From: Mustelus asterias
Taxonomy: Eukaryota
NCBI RefSeq assembly: GCF_964213995.1
Contig: NW_027590187.1
Span: 434,001 to 498,000 of the forward strand
DNA length: 64,000 nt
Direction: 5' to 3'
In this document: in pieces, positions 41,747-52,847 of the stretch
Position numbering within the stretch: the first letter of the stretch is position 1
Layout: the number at the start of each line of letters is the position of its first letter
Position numbers and translations under genes: made by a program
Notes under the pieces: generated by a model
What the model saw: the letters and a program-made list of their open reading frames with translations, nothing else
The model's database searches: none
Told to the model about the DNA's origin: nothing

Positions 41747-41787
41747 GGCTCTTCTCAGAGCCACCCACATCTCTCAGGAAAGAGCTG
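41747..41787 (+). terminator. Histone stem-loop (41747-41762) and HDE of H1
   Basis: CCCAAA-GGCTCTTCTCAGAGCC-ACCCA, then GAAAGAGCTG. Confidence 0.95.
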
Positions 41788-42228
41788 ATCCCGCAAGGAA
41801 ATGATTCCTGTCCCGCGGCCCGGCTCGTTCTCAATAGAGATCATTTCAAATTCAGACTAAAGCGAAACAGGCTGAATTTCATTTGCTCAATCGCCACTTT
41901 CTCGCATAATAAAGATGTCTGGTAGATTCAGTAACACTGGCGGCCAAACACCGCATTCGCGCCTCATTTTTAACCGAATCCCTGCAGTTCCATCGAGTCT
42001 GCACCGACCACAATCCCACCCAGTCCGGATCCCCATGACCCTATTTACTCCCCGACACTCCGGTGCAATTTAGCATGGCTAGTCAACCTAACACGCATTT
42101 TGGTGTGCGGGAGGAAACCGGAGAAAGCCGAGGGAGAATGTTCAAACTCCACACAGACAGTGACCTCAGCCGGGAATCGAACCCAGGTGCCTGGCGCTGT
42201 GAGACGGCAATTCTTAGGCAAACATCGA

Positions 42229-42298
42229 TGTCAGGAGTGGGATTTGAACCCACGCCTCCAGAGGAGACTGCGGCCTGAGACCGCTCGGCCATCCTGAC
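42229..42298 (-). pseudogene. tRNA-Leu(CAG) pseudogene with a 13-nt deletion
   Basis: GTCAGGATGGCCGAGCGGTCT then missing AAGGCGCTGCGTT, then CAGG...CTCCTGACA. Confidence 0.9.
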
Positions 42299-42457
42299 TC
42301 CCTTAATTTTAACACAGGAGATTGCCCCAAGCAGCTTCAATAAAGTGTTTGCAAACAGCGAGAAGCAGATGTGTGTGAGGATGTTGCGGAGGAAGATTAT
42401 TGCTATAGAATCGACTGTGTTTAGGTCGGAATATGACTGACTGGGAATTGTTACGGG

Positions 42458-42677
42458 GCATGATGTGGAGATGCCGGCGTTGGACTGGGGTAAACACAGT
42501 AAGAAGTTTAACAACACCAGGTTAAAGTCCAACAGGTTTATTTGGTAGCAAAAGCCACACAAGCTTTCGGAGCTCTAAGCCCCTTCTTCAGGTGAGCTTA
42601 GAGCTCCGAAAGCTTGTGTGGCTTTTGCTACCAAATAAACCTGTTGGACTTTACCCTGGTGTTGTTAAACTTCTTAC
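42458..42677. mobile_element. Penelope inverted pLTR hairpin with tail
   Basis: ~82-bp near-perfect inverted arms; 12-bp TSD AATT(G/A)TTACGGG at 42446-42457 and 42678-42689. Confidence 0.9.
42555..42596 (-). ncRNA. Minimal type-I hammerhead motif in a Penelope pLTR
   Basis: CAC-CTGAAGA-A-GGGGCT-TAG-AGCTCC-GAAAGCTT-GTG. Confidence 0.78.
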
Positions 42678-43049
42678 AATTATTACGGGACCAGGTTTAA
42701 AAACACAAAAGAACAAAGTCACGACCCGAAACGTTAACTCTGTCTCTCTCTCTCTTCACAAAAGCTGCCGGAGCTGCTGATTATTTGCAGCATTTTCTCT
42801 TTGATTCCATATTTCAAAGCTGCGGGTTTGTGGAAACACTTGTTTGTGACGGGTTTGTGTGGGGAGCTGTGTTTCGCTTCCATTGTTAATAAACGAGTTG
42901 AAATTGGCGGTTGCAGAAACTGGAGGTGGAGATGAAAGATCAGGGGCCATTCTGTGTGTGTGTGTCAGTCCGGCTCTCTCCTCCCTCCCGCTCTGTGTTT
43001 ATTCTTCACTCTGTCTCCTCCCCTCTCTGCTCTCTCACTCCGCCTTCCC

Positions 43050-43152
43050 CAGTCAGGTCGGGGCGGGCTGTATAAAAGGAGCCTGAATGATTTCCTCTCA
43101 TATTGTGCAGAGATCTGAGTGAAGAATCATCATGTCTGGCAGAGGGAAAGGA
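43050..43152 (+). pseudogene. H4: Promoter and first 7 codons (43132-43152, MSGRGKG) of a probable histone H4, truncated by Penelope
   Basis: TCAGGTCG site-II-like motif, GC box, TATAAAA at 43071. Leader and codon usage differ from the local H2A copies, so H4 is preferred over H2A. Confidence 0.7.
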
Positions 43153-43752
43153 CAGTAAGAAGTCTCACAACACCAGGTTAAAGTCCAACAGGTTTATTTG
43201 GTAGCAAATACCATAACCTTTCGGAGCGCTGCCCCTTCGTCAGATGGAGTGAAAATATGTTCTCCAACAGTGCACAGAGACACAGAAATCAAGTTACAGA
43301 ATACTAATTAGAATGCAAATCTCTACAGCCAGCCAGGTCTTAAAGGTACAGATAATGTGGGTGGAGGGAACATTAAACACAGGTTAAAGAGATGTGTATT
43401 GTCTCCAGACAGAACAGCTAGTAAGATTCTGCAAGATCAGGGGGAAAGCTGTGGGGGTTACTGATAATGTGACATAAATCCAACATCCCGGTTTAGGCCG
43501 TCCTCATGTGTGCGGAACTTGGCTATCAGTTTCTGCTCAGCGACTCTGCACTGTCGTGTGTCGTGAAGGCCGCCTTGGAGGACGCTGACCTGAAGATCGA
43601 AGGCTGAATGCCCGTGACTGCTGAAGTGCTCCCCCACAGGAAGAGAACAGTCTTGCCTGGTGATTGTCGAGCGGTGTTCATTCTACGCTGCAGGAAAGGA
43701 TGTCCCGAGGCATGGTACATTGGGGAAACCATGCAGACGCTACGACAATGGA
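43152..43752 (-). mobile_element. Penelope-like element, 5'-truncated, with a 70-bp 5' inversion (43683-43752)
   Basis: pLTR and GIY-YIG C-terminus; the inverted piece is the reverse complement of the continuation seen at ~52724-52792. Confidence 0.9.
43211..43247 (-). ncRNA. Minimal hammerhead motif of a second pLTR subfamily
   Basis: CCAT-CTGACGA-A-GGGGC-AGC-GCTCC-GAAAGGTT-ATGG. Confidence 0.72.
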
Positions 43753-44637
43753 TATCAGTGGTATAATTACTTCTTAGGAATTCGCAAGGGCAAGGGGATC
43801 ACAGTGTCCGTGTATGAATGTAAGGGGTTAATTCACATTCACTGGAAATGAGTGAATCTCCATCACTCTCTCTCTCTCACACACCCACACACACACCCAC
43901 ACAAGCTCTCACAGACCAACACTCACACATCTCCCACCACGACAGATGGCGAAATTCAAAATCAATAAAAAATCTGGAATTAATGGCCTTGAATCAACTT
44001 TCGTAAAAAAAGACAACTAAAGCACTAATGCTCTTCAGGGAAGGAATTCTTACCTGGACTGGCTTACATACAACTCCCGACCCACAACAATGTTGTAGGC
44101 CCTCGGAGGTGGCCTACCAAGCCACTCAGTTCAAAGGAAATTTGGAGACCTTGCCTTGTGGTATCATCGCTGAAATCTGAAACTTAGCTCGTATTCTGGG
44201 GACCCGGGTTCAAATCCTGACAAGGCAGTGGAATTTGAATTCAATAAAAAATATGTGGAATTAAGGATCTCCTGATGACTATGAAACCTTTGTCGATTGT
44301 TGTATTAATCTATCTGGTCCTCCAGGGACCAAAATCTGCCGTCTTTACACAGTCTGGCCGACATGTGATTCCAGAGCCACAGCAATGTGGTTGACTCTCA
44401 ATTGCCTGCAGGCAACTAGAGTTGGGCAATAAATACTGGTCAGCTAGTGGCACCCATGTCCCATGAATTAATTTAAAAAAAAATGCAAGCCCAGTCAGCG
44501 ACGCTGAAAAAATGCATTGAAGATTCAGAATGAGGAGATCCATCAACTCGTTTACAATCCCAGAGTTTGCAAATACAGAATGGATTCCAAACTAGTTTAC
44601 TGTTCCGGGAGCTGACCGCCAGAACAAATTGCTTGTA

Positions 44638-44977
44638 CATAGAATCATAGAAACCCTACAGTGCAGAAGGAGGCCATTCGGCCCATCGAGTCTGCACCGA
44701 CCACAATCCCACCCAGGCCGTACCCCCACATATTCACCCGCTAATCCCTCTAACCTACGCATCCCAGGACTCGAAGGGGCAATTTTTAAACCTGGCCAAT
44801 CAACCTAACCCGCACATCTTTGGACTGTGGGAGGAAACCGGAGCACCCGGAGGAAACCCACGCAGACACGAGGAGAATGTGCAAACTCCACACAGACAGT
44901 GACCCGAGCCGGGAATCGAACCCGGGACCCTGGAGCTGTGAAGCAGCAGTGCTAACCACCGTGCCACCGTGCCGCCC
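44638..44977 (-). mobile_element. Full-length young HE1-like V-SINE
   Basis: Complete head, V-domain and tail, with CpGs retained. Confidence 0.92.
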
Positions 44978-45689
44978 CTCACGCGCAGTTCTACCAACAG
45001 AATCAGAAAGATCCCAATCCTCGAAAATCAGCAGATAATGCAAAACATATTCTGAATATGGCACAGATAGAAAGGTAAAGTTACCATAATCCCAAATGAC
45101 CATCCGCTGTTCCCCATCTCAACAGGGAGAGCTTAATTGTGTTGATTTAGCCTCAGGATTACTACACCTCAGGCGAGGGGCAAGGCTGAAAATATCTAAC
45201 AGCACATCTGCATTTTCTTTGCCGTAAATTTGTATAAACTTCTTGTTTTCAGTTATAAACTGGAAGATACAGTATGTTTTATTAACGGCTCTTAAAAACT
45301 GTCCTGCCACCTTCAATGACATATGCACATGTCCAAATATGTCCTGCTGCTCTTGCACCCCCTTTTGGAATTAAATCCTTTATTTTATATTGTCGCTTTG
45401 TGTTATTCCCACCAAAATTAATCACTTCATTCATCATCTGCCACATGTCCTCCCATTCCACCAACCTGTCTGTGTCCTTTCGGAGTTCGACTGGAATTTC
45501 TGTAGCTCTTTTCACAACCATCGGACGTCCCAAAATATTTTAATGATGATAAAGTATTTTTGAAATGTAATCGCTGCCCAATTGCTGAACTTTTCAACTG
45601 TCTGTTCGACGACATCAGAAATTGCCAGATGGGAACGGGGAATAGTTGCTGCAGCAATGTCTCTGTGGCACAAAGAATGGCATTTTGGA

Positions 45690-46110
45690 TTTGATTTCAT
45701 TTGATTTATTATTGTCACGTGTTAACATACAGTGAAAAAGTATTGTTAAAGTATTGTTTCTTGTGCACTATATAGACAAGGCATACCATTCATAGAGAAG
45801 GAAACAAGAGAGTGCAGAATGTAGTGTTACAGTCATAGCTAGGGTGGAGAGAAAGATCAACTTCATGCAAAGTAAGTCCATTCGAGGTAAGTCTGTGAGT
45901 TCGGAAGTTCAGGATCCAGTCGCAGAGGGAGATGCCGAGGCCCAGGCCACAGAGTTTGGAGATGAGTTTCCTGGGAATAATGGTGTTGAAGGCTGAGCTG
46001 TAGTCAATAAATAGGAGTCTGACAGAGGTAGCCTTGTTATCTAGGTGTTCCAGGGTTGAGTGCAGGGCCAGGGAAATGGCGTCTGCTGTGGACCTGTTTG
46101 CGGCAGTGGG
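45690..46110 (-). mobile_element. Rex1/Babar-like LINE fragments (related 3' ends at ~14500-14670 + and ~14970-15110 -)
   Basis: [13 protein letters not shown]...[16 protein letters not shown]; AATAAA(TCAAA)n tail. Confidence 0.8.
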
Positions 46111-46114
46111 TATC

Positions 46115-46185
46115 AGCATGTTAGACTGCGAGTCATTGTCTTGTGAAATGTTCAAAGGTTGTGGGTCCGAATCTCATCGGAGTCA
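46115..46185 (+). pseudogene. Remnant of an intron-containing tRNA-Arg(TCT)-like gene
   Basis: TTCAAAGGTTGTGGGTCCGAATCTCATCGGAGTCA resembles the 3' exon of 55920-56010; the 5' end is lost. Confidence 0.6.
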
Positions 46186-46649
46186 GCTTTCTGGGTAAAA
46201 TTTGAGGAAATTAGGAACTGGTGTGTCAGTCTTCTCAGAGAAGCGAAACTGCCGCCTCGAACTTGGAGGACATTCGGCCCATCAAGCTGAAACCGACAAC
46301 AATCCCACCCAGAATGAGTCCCCGTGACCCCATATGTTTACCATGCTAATCCCCCTGACACTAAGGGGCTATTTAGCATGGCCAAACCAGCAAATGTAGC
46401 ACTAATTTTTATGGCTGACCTGCCGATTCTGGAATGACAAAATCTGCCACTGGCGTCTGCTTTGGAGCTTCCGAAACCACATGTTGACAAACTCGTGTCC
46501 AAAGCGGGTGCCCTGATTTGAATTGACTGTCAGATCGAGTTTCTCAGAGGATGAGAATTATGGGAATATGGAATTGTTCTGGTCTGATCTCTAAAGCCTG
46601 AGTGTTCAAACTTCATCTTGGAACCTCAAAACACTGAACGAACCATCAC

Positions 46650-46731
46650 TGACGAGGATGGGATTCGAACGCACGCGTGCAGAGCACAATGGATTAGCAG
46701 TCCATCGCCTTAACCACTCGGCCACCTCGTC
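46650..46731 (-). tRNA. tRNA-Ser(GCT) variant with A73 and a T-stem mismatch
   Basis: 82 nt; two differences from the vertebrate Ser-GCT sequence as recalled. Confidence 0.88.
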
Positions 46732-46746
46732 ACGCAATAACCACCA

Positions 46747-46840
46747 AGCTTTGACAAAGGGCTCGAAATGTCAGCTCTTTTCTCTCCTTGCGGATGCTGC
46801 CAGACCTGCTGAGATTTTCTAGCGTTTTCTCTTTTGACTT
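46747..46840 (+). mobile_element. Single arm of the 38821-39056 family; hammerhead stem II partly deleted
   Basis: AGCT-TTGACAA-AGGGCTC-GAAATGTC-AGCT followed by the family body. Confidence 0.75.
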
Positions 46841-47058
46841 CTCACCAAACCAGGGTGTTTTAACACCCGTAACAAAGAACATATTTCTCCCGCATGATAA
46901 TGCTGTGTTGCTGCTTTCTTGTTAATCCGGTTCGCTGCTACTCTTCCATTCGATGTGTAACCACAGAAAGTAAAGAGGGAGACAGTTCCATTCCCTGGTC
47001 CCAGTTTGATTTTGAATTCACCGAACATAACCCGGATGTAAAATGCAGCGAGTAGTCT

Positions 47059-47130
47059 GAGCTTGTGGCGCAACGGTAGCGCGTCTGACTCCAGATCAGA
47101 AGGTTGCGTGTTCAAATCACGTCAGGCTCA
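47059..47130 (+). tRNA. tRNA-Trp(CCA), apparently intact
   Basis: 72 nt; acceptor GAGCTTG/CAGGCTC pairs; TTTT terminator at 47137-47140. Confidence 0.93.
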
Positions 47131-47514
47131 TGAAGCTTTTCTACGTCGGATTTTGTGTCTGGGTAAAATTGGTATCTTGGTAAAGTTGATTGTTCCCGAA
47201 ATGACAAATTTCAAAACGATGGTAGAAATGATATTTTAGGGATGCTTCCGGTTCGCATGCTCAGTTTTGTTTTTGCACAGTTTTATATCTGAAACAATGT
47301 GTCAGAGTTGTGAGGTGTTCATTGCTTGCAAAATTAAAGCTAGGTCCACAGACTCAGATGTTCCTATGGGTCATCAAAGGAGACAGCTGACTGTGGCGAT
47401 TTAACTGGATGATTCACACGTCAAGAGAGGAGCAAGGCTTCGAAGCCGGGCCTTCATGAACAATCTCAACCGATACTGGAATTAATCCCGTGCTTTTGGC
47501 TGAATAAGCTGTCC

Positions 47515-47605
47515 AACCATTTAATGAAAGGGCAACTCTCCGAAAGCCCATGCTACCAAATAAACCTGTTGGACTTTCACCTGGTGTTGTGAGATTACTT
47601 CCTGT
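47515..47605 (+). mobile_element. Degenerate Penelope pLTR
   Basis: CCGAAAGC...AAATAAACCTGTTGGACTTT.ACCTGGTGTTG. Confidence 0.75.
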
Positions 47606-47739
47606 GAACCTGGGACATATGCGCTGTGTTCCCAGTTAATGAAAATCAAGATGATGAAACAAATTTACTGTCGAGAAAACCCAGATTTAACTTTTGGGCA
47701 GCAGCCGAATGTTACGATTTGATGTTGGTGAGAACATGA

Positions 47740-47796
47740 TAGCAGATGATGGTTTCGATCCATCGACCTCTGGGTTATGGGTCCAGCCACTCTGCC
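47740..47796 (-). pseudogene. Initiator tRNA-Met pseudogene with a 15-nt D-arm deletion
   Basis: Matches 59899-59970 apart from the deletion; the 3' flank TCATGTTC is shared. Confidence 0.9.
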
Positions 47797-48229
47797 CCGA
47801 AACGTTGCCGCTTCCTGTCCATTCCTGTTGCGCGGGTGAGAGGAAACGATTCATTGTATTTGTATTCAAACAAGACCCACGTGTTGGGAAGCGCACCCTG
47901 GCTGGACAATAACACTTAACATCAGCCCGAATCAAACAGACAGAGAAAGACACACAGAGAAGCAGTAAGAGATGATCAGGACACACACAGAGCGATAGAC
48001 AGAGAAGGTACCGAACAAACCAACAAGATACTGAGGTGGAACAACTGATTATGTTTGAAAAGGGATCTTCTGTTACATAAAGATAGACCTTGTTTTAAAA
48101 TTAATTTCATGTAAGTGTAACTGCACTCTCTGCTGTGTAACTGTTCTCTCTGTTGTGAAACTGTGACTCTGCCGTTGACAGATCTTTGCTGTGGTTGTGT
48201 CAAATTAATCCCTGTTGTGTAAATATATT

Positions 48230-48786
48230 CATAAGACATGGGAGCAGAATTATGCCACTTGGACCTTTGAGTCTGCTCCACCATTCAATCATATATTTCT
48301 CTCATCCTCATTATCCTGCCCTTTCCCCATAACCCATGATCCCCTTATTAATCAAGAATCTATCTATTTCTGTCTTAAAGACACGCAATGACCTGACCTC
48401 CACAGCCTTCTGCAGCAAAGAGTTCCACAGATTCACCACTCTCTGGCTGAATAAATTCATCCTCATCTCTGTTTTAAAGAATCGTCCCTTTTGCCTGAGG
48501 TTGTGCCCTCTGTTTCTAATTTTTCCTACGAGTGGAAACATCCTCTCCATGCCCACTCTATCCGGGCCTCGCAGTATCCTGTAAGTTTCAATAAGATCCC
48601 CCCTCATTCTTCTAAACTCGAAGGAATACAGATCCAGAGTCCTCAACTGTTCCTTATACGACAAGCTCTTCATTCCAGGGATCATTCTTGTGAACCTCCT
48701 CTGGACCCTTTCCAAGGCCAGCACATCCTTCCTTAGATATGGGGCCCAAAACTGCTCACAATATTCCAAATGGGGTCTGACCAGAT
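48230..48786 (-). mobile_element. CR1 3' fragment
   Basis: LVRPHLEYCEQFW...FKTEIDRFL. Confidence 0.88.
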
Positions 48787-49426
48787 TCCTGGTTATGTAA
48801 ATATGAGCCATCTTGAGCAGAATTTTTATTTTCTGTTCTGCAAAGGTGTTTCTTGTTGTGTGAAATGTTCTCTGTTGTTCAGTGAAGATGTTTTCTGTGG
48901 GAAAACAATCAACAGGAATTTCAAGGCCGCCATTTCTGAGGCTTGGTTTCAAGTCCAGACTTACTTCGGCCGAATGGCCTACTCCTGTTTCTGTTTTTGA
49001 TCAATAATTCTGTGTATCAAATCAGTTAATTCAAATTTCACCAGCTGCCATGGTGGGACTTACTTCATGCCTCCAAAGATCAGTGCGGGCCTCTGGTTTA
49101 CCAGCCCAGTGACATAACCTTTCATCCCTGGAAACAAAAACACTTCATTCAGCTCATTATTAAACCTCGTGCTGAGGAAATTAGAATTACCTCCACAGAA
49201 TTTCAATCACCCAATCAATACAAAGCATTTTGCTCTAGTTGGGAACATCAATAATTTATCCAGATCAAACAGATATTGTGGAATTGTTCAGAGCTAAGAT
49301 TATTTTAGAATTGAGCTAATAATATAACAAGGACGTACATTCTGAGAAAGCACCCTGCAATGTTTGGAAGAAAATGTGGATTTAATATGATGTGGGAGAT
49401 CGGTTCCCAGGAAGCTCCACCAGAAA

Positions 49427-49515
49427 TGACCGTGACAGAACTCAAACCTGCAATTTTCTGATATCATTACTACAAACACCAAAGTCAGACACTTTATCCA
49501 TAAGGCCACGCAATC
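49427..49515 (-). pseudogene. tRNA-Arg(TCG)-derived pseudogene with a 16-nt intron-like insert (49463-49478); anticodon now TTG
   Basis: GATTGCGTGGCCTTATGGATAAAGTGTCTGACTTTGG, then 16 nt, then ATCAGAAAATTGCAGGTTTGAGTTCTGTCACGGTCA; 73+16 nt. Confidence 0.8.
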
Positions 49516-49739
49516 GGCTCATAACTACTGGAACCTGATGTTAGTACCATGTGAATAAATACTGTGAAAATATTCTTTTCGTTCTATCTCTAGATGATCC
49601 ACTGATTCCTGGATCCCTGAAAATACAAGGGAAAGCCCCAGCTGGCGTACATTGTATTTTTTGATGATAAAAGAGCCTTTCACTCTGTGAGTTGCGAAGA
49701 TTCATGAAGCATGAGGGATGGAGTATTAATGTATGATTA

Positions 49740-50680
49740 TAAGAGCAGCAAGACAATGTTGGAGCTGTACAAAACTTTGGTGAGGCCATAGTTGGAGCAC
49801 TGAGTGCAGTTCTGGTCAAATCACTGGAGAAAGGATATGATTGTACTGGAGAGGGTGCAGAGGCCATTCACCAGGATGTTGAGTGGGATGGAGAATTTGA
49901 ACGAGGAAGAGAGACTATATAGGCTCGTGTCATTTTCTTTACAGCAGAGAAGGCTGAGGGGAGACCTGATTGAGGTGTATAAGATTATGAGGATTATGGA
50001 AAGGGTGGATAGGAAGCAGCTGTTCCTCCTAGTTGCAGGGTTGATACCAAGGAAGCAGAATTTTAAGGTGAGGGGCAGAAAGTTTAGAGGGGATTTGAGA
50101 GAAACATTATTTCATCCAAAGCATGGTCAGAGTCTGGATTGCAATGCCTGGAGAGGTAGTAGAGGTGGGAAAACTCATTAATTTTACAAAGTATGTGGAT
50201 GAACACTTGAAATGTCATAACTTTCAATGCTACGAGCCAAGTGCTGGAAGGTAGGAATACTTGTAGATTTAATGTAGGTTTGTTGGTGCAGAAGTGATGG
50301 GTCAAAGCGCCTCTTCTGTACTGTATGACTCTCGCTATTATCGTCAGACTTGGCTTCTCACGGACATGTGTCAGCACCCTCTCCTCATGTTTGCACAGTG
50401 GTTAGCACTGCTGCCTCACAGCGCCAGTGACCCGGGTTTGCTTCCCGGCTTGGATCACTATCTGTTCAGTGTCTGCACATTTCCCTGTTTCTGCATGAGT
50501 GTTCTCCAGGTGCTCCATTTTCCTCCCACAGTCCGAAAAATGCACTTGTTAGGTGCATTGACCATGTTAAATTCTCCCTCAGTGTATCCGAACAGGCGCT
50601 GGAGTGTGGCGACTGGGGAATTTTCACAGTAACTTCATTGCAGTTTTAATGTAAGCCTACTTGCGATGTTAATAAATGAA
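49740..50680 (+). mobile_element. CR1 3' fragment followed by a V-SINE (~50390-50680)
   Basis: QFWS.H.RKD...RLRGDLIEVYKI; SINE A and B boxes. Confidence 0.8.
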
Positions 50681-51299
50681 CCTAAAACACTCCACAAATA
50701 CATGCAGTCAGTGATCCTAACCCAGTGAACCAACACAAACCCCGTTCAGTAAAAACTGCAGCCAAATAAGGTTGTGTCATTGCACCAATTCTCTTTTTCA
50801 TTTTCCTCACTGCAACACTGCACCTGTTCAGCCTGCACCGTCCTGATGAGAAAGACAAAATCCCGCTTCAGAAATTGAGCTCCAGGCTGCAGGTAAAGCT
50901 TGTGTGGGTGCTAACTCAGAAACTTAGCCCCAGCTCACTGAGCATTCCTTCTGAGAAGCAGATGAGACTTTAGTTTGCAACATGCAGAAAACTAAAGATC
51001 ATTTCCACCATTCCCGACTCGGAAACACCCCCAGAAACAGCATCTCCACATCATCGATTCACTCCACCAGTGATGGCTGTGCTTTCAATTCTCAGCGACT
51101 CAGCTCCAGAATTCCCTCTCTCAACCTCACTGCCTCCATCTTCCTTTCCTCTCCTTTCATTTCTATCGCGTTTCCTACATTTATTTCCTCCTTCCTTTCC
51201 CCCGAGTTCTACTTCTCTCACGCTCTGACTTTCACCAATCCTGTTGTTGCTTTAACTATCGTAAGTAAATTAGAGTTGTACAACGGTAATTCTAATAGC

Positions 51300-51740
51300 G
51301 GTGTCGCTTTAAGGATTCTTTACCCGCCGCCAGCTGTCTGATTTCTCATTGGTTTTCGCCGCGGATCGAATTGTATGACGCAATGACGCTGGGCTGGGAG
51401 TGACGTTGCTGGAACCGAACATCAGCGCCGCTTTCCGATTGGTGTATGAGTTACAGCGGCGTTCTTCGATTGGTTCAGGCCGATGTCAATCGTGAAGCAT
51501 TTCGCTCTATTGGTCAAGAATAAAAGGTCATTTCCATTGTTCGCGCACATGTCAGACAGACTGAGCTCACTGATTGGATGATGCAGCCATCACTCAATCA
51601 GCGCAGAGCGTCTATTGGATAACAGAACTGGCTCAATTTCTGATTGGTTTTCTCAGCTGTCGGTCACAGGTCGGTGGCTGTGATTGGACAGAGGGCGGGG
51701 GTACACACTGGTCCCATCAGACACCGGGCGGCGGTAAATG
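51300..51740 (+). promoter_or_regulatory. CpG-rich promoter-like element with 8 co-oriented ATTGG boxes, TGACG half-CREs and TALE-like motifs
   Basis: ATTGG at 51348, 51438, 51469, 51509, 51573, 51614, 51643 and 51683; paralog at ~63620-64000. Confidence 0.7.
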
Positions 51741-52153
51741 TCCGGCCAGTGGCTTCAGTCCCCGGGCCCAGATCCTGAGCCGGCGGTGGGGCTTCGGATG
51801 GGGGAAGGGTTTTGGCAGCGGGAATCCCGCCCCGCCCGGCTGTCAATCCGCAGCTCAGGGTTTCGAATGGCGGCTTCCTGTGTAAACATGTCACGCTGCA
51901 GCTCCCCAGTCTCGGCGCTGCAAACCCCGTCACACCAATCAGCACAGAGACTGGGATCTTCCATTGTTCTTGTGTGGGGCGCAGTGCCACACCGGGTTAG
52001 AGAACCTCACTGCATAGGCCAGTGAGAAATACTGGGATCTTCCAGTGCCCTGTGTCTGGGGCCAGGGCTTGGTTACTCTCAGTGGGTCTCCCTCATTGTT
52101 TGGTTCTAATTGCAGCCTCTCTCTCTCTTGCAGTCAGTCTGGGTGTTCCTGAC

Positions 52154-52847
52154 TGATGTGGAGATGCCGGCGCTGGACTGGGGTAAACACAGTAAGAAGT
52201 TTAACAACACCAGGTTAAAGTCCAACAGGTTTATTTGGTAGCAAAAGCCACACAAGCTTTCGAAGCTCTAAGCCCCTTCTTCAGGTGAGTGGGAATTCTG
52301 TTCACAAACAGAGCTTATAAAGACACAGACTCAATTTACATGAATAATGGTTGGAATGCGAATACTTACAACTAATCAAGTCTTTAAGAGACAAAACAAT
52401 GGGAGTGGAGAGAGCATCAAGACAGGCTAAAAAGATGTGTATTGTCTCCAGACAAGACAGCCAGTGAAACTCTGCAGGTCCACGCAACTGTGGGAGTTAC
52501 AAATAGTGTGACATGAACCCAATATCCCGGTTGAGGCCGTCCTCGTGTGTGCGGAACTTGGCTATCAGTTTCTGCTCAGCGACTCTGCGCTGTCGTGTGT
52601 CGCGAAGGCCGCCTTGGAGAACGCTTACCCGAATATCAGAGGCCGAATGCCCGTGACCGCTGAAGTGCTCCCCAACAGGAAGAGAACAGTCTTGCCTGGT
52701 GATTGTCGAGCGGCGTTCATTCATCCGTTGTCGCAGCGTCTGCATAGTTTCCCCAATGTACCATGCCTCGGGACACCCTTTCTTGCAGCGTATCAGGTAG
52801 ACAACGTTGGCCGAGTTGCAAGAGTATGTACCGTGTACCTGGTGGAT
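52154..52847 (-). mobile_element. Young Penelope-like element: GIY-YIG half, pLTR and tail
   Basis: Open frame NVVYLIRC..GC...WYIGET...KFRTHEDGLNRD (ORF 52497..52745 and upstream). Confidence 0.93.
52248..52292 (-). ncRNA. Minimal type-I hammerhead motif
   Basis: CAC-CTGAAGA-A-GGGGCT-TAG-AGCTTC-GAAAGCTT-GTG. Confidence 0.77.

Noticed and set aside
50840-50865. CTGATGA...CAAAA as another hammerhead
   Set aside because: No GAAA and no convincing stem I or II; at most a decayed remnant.
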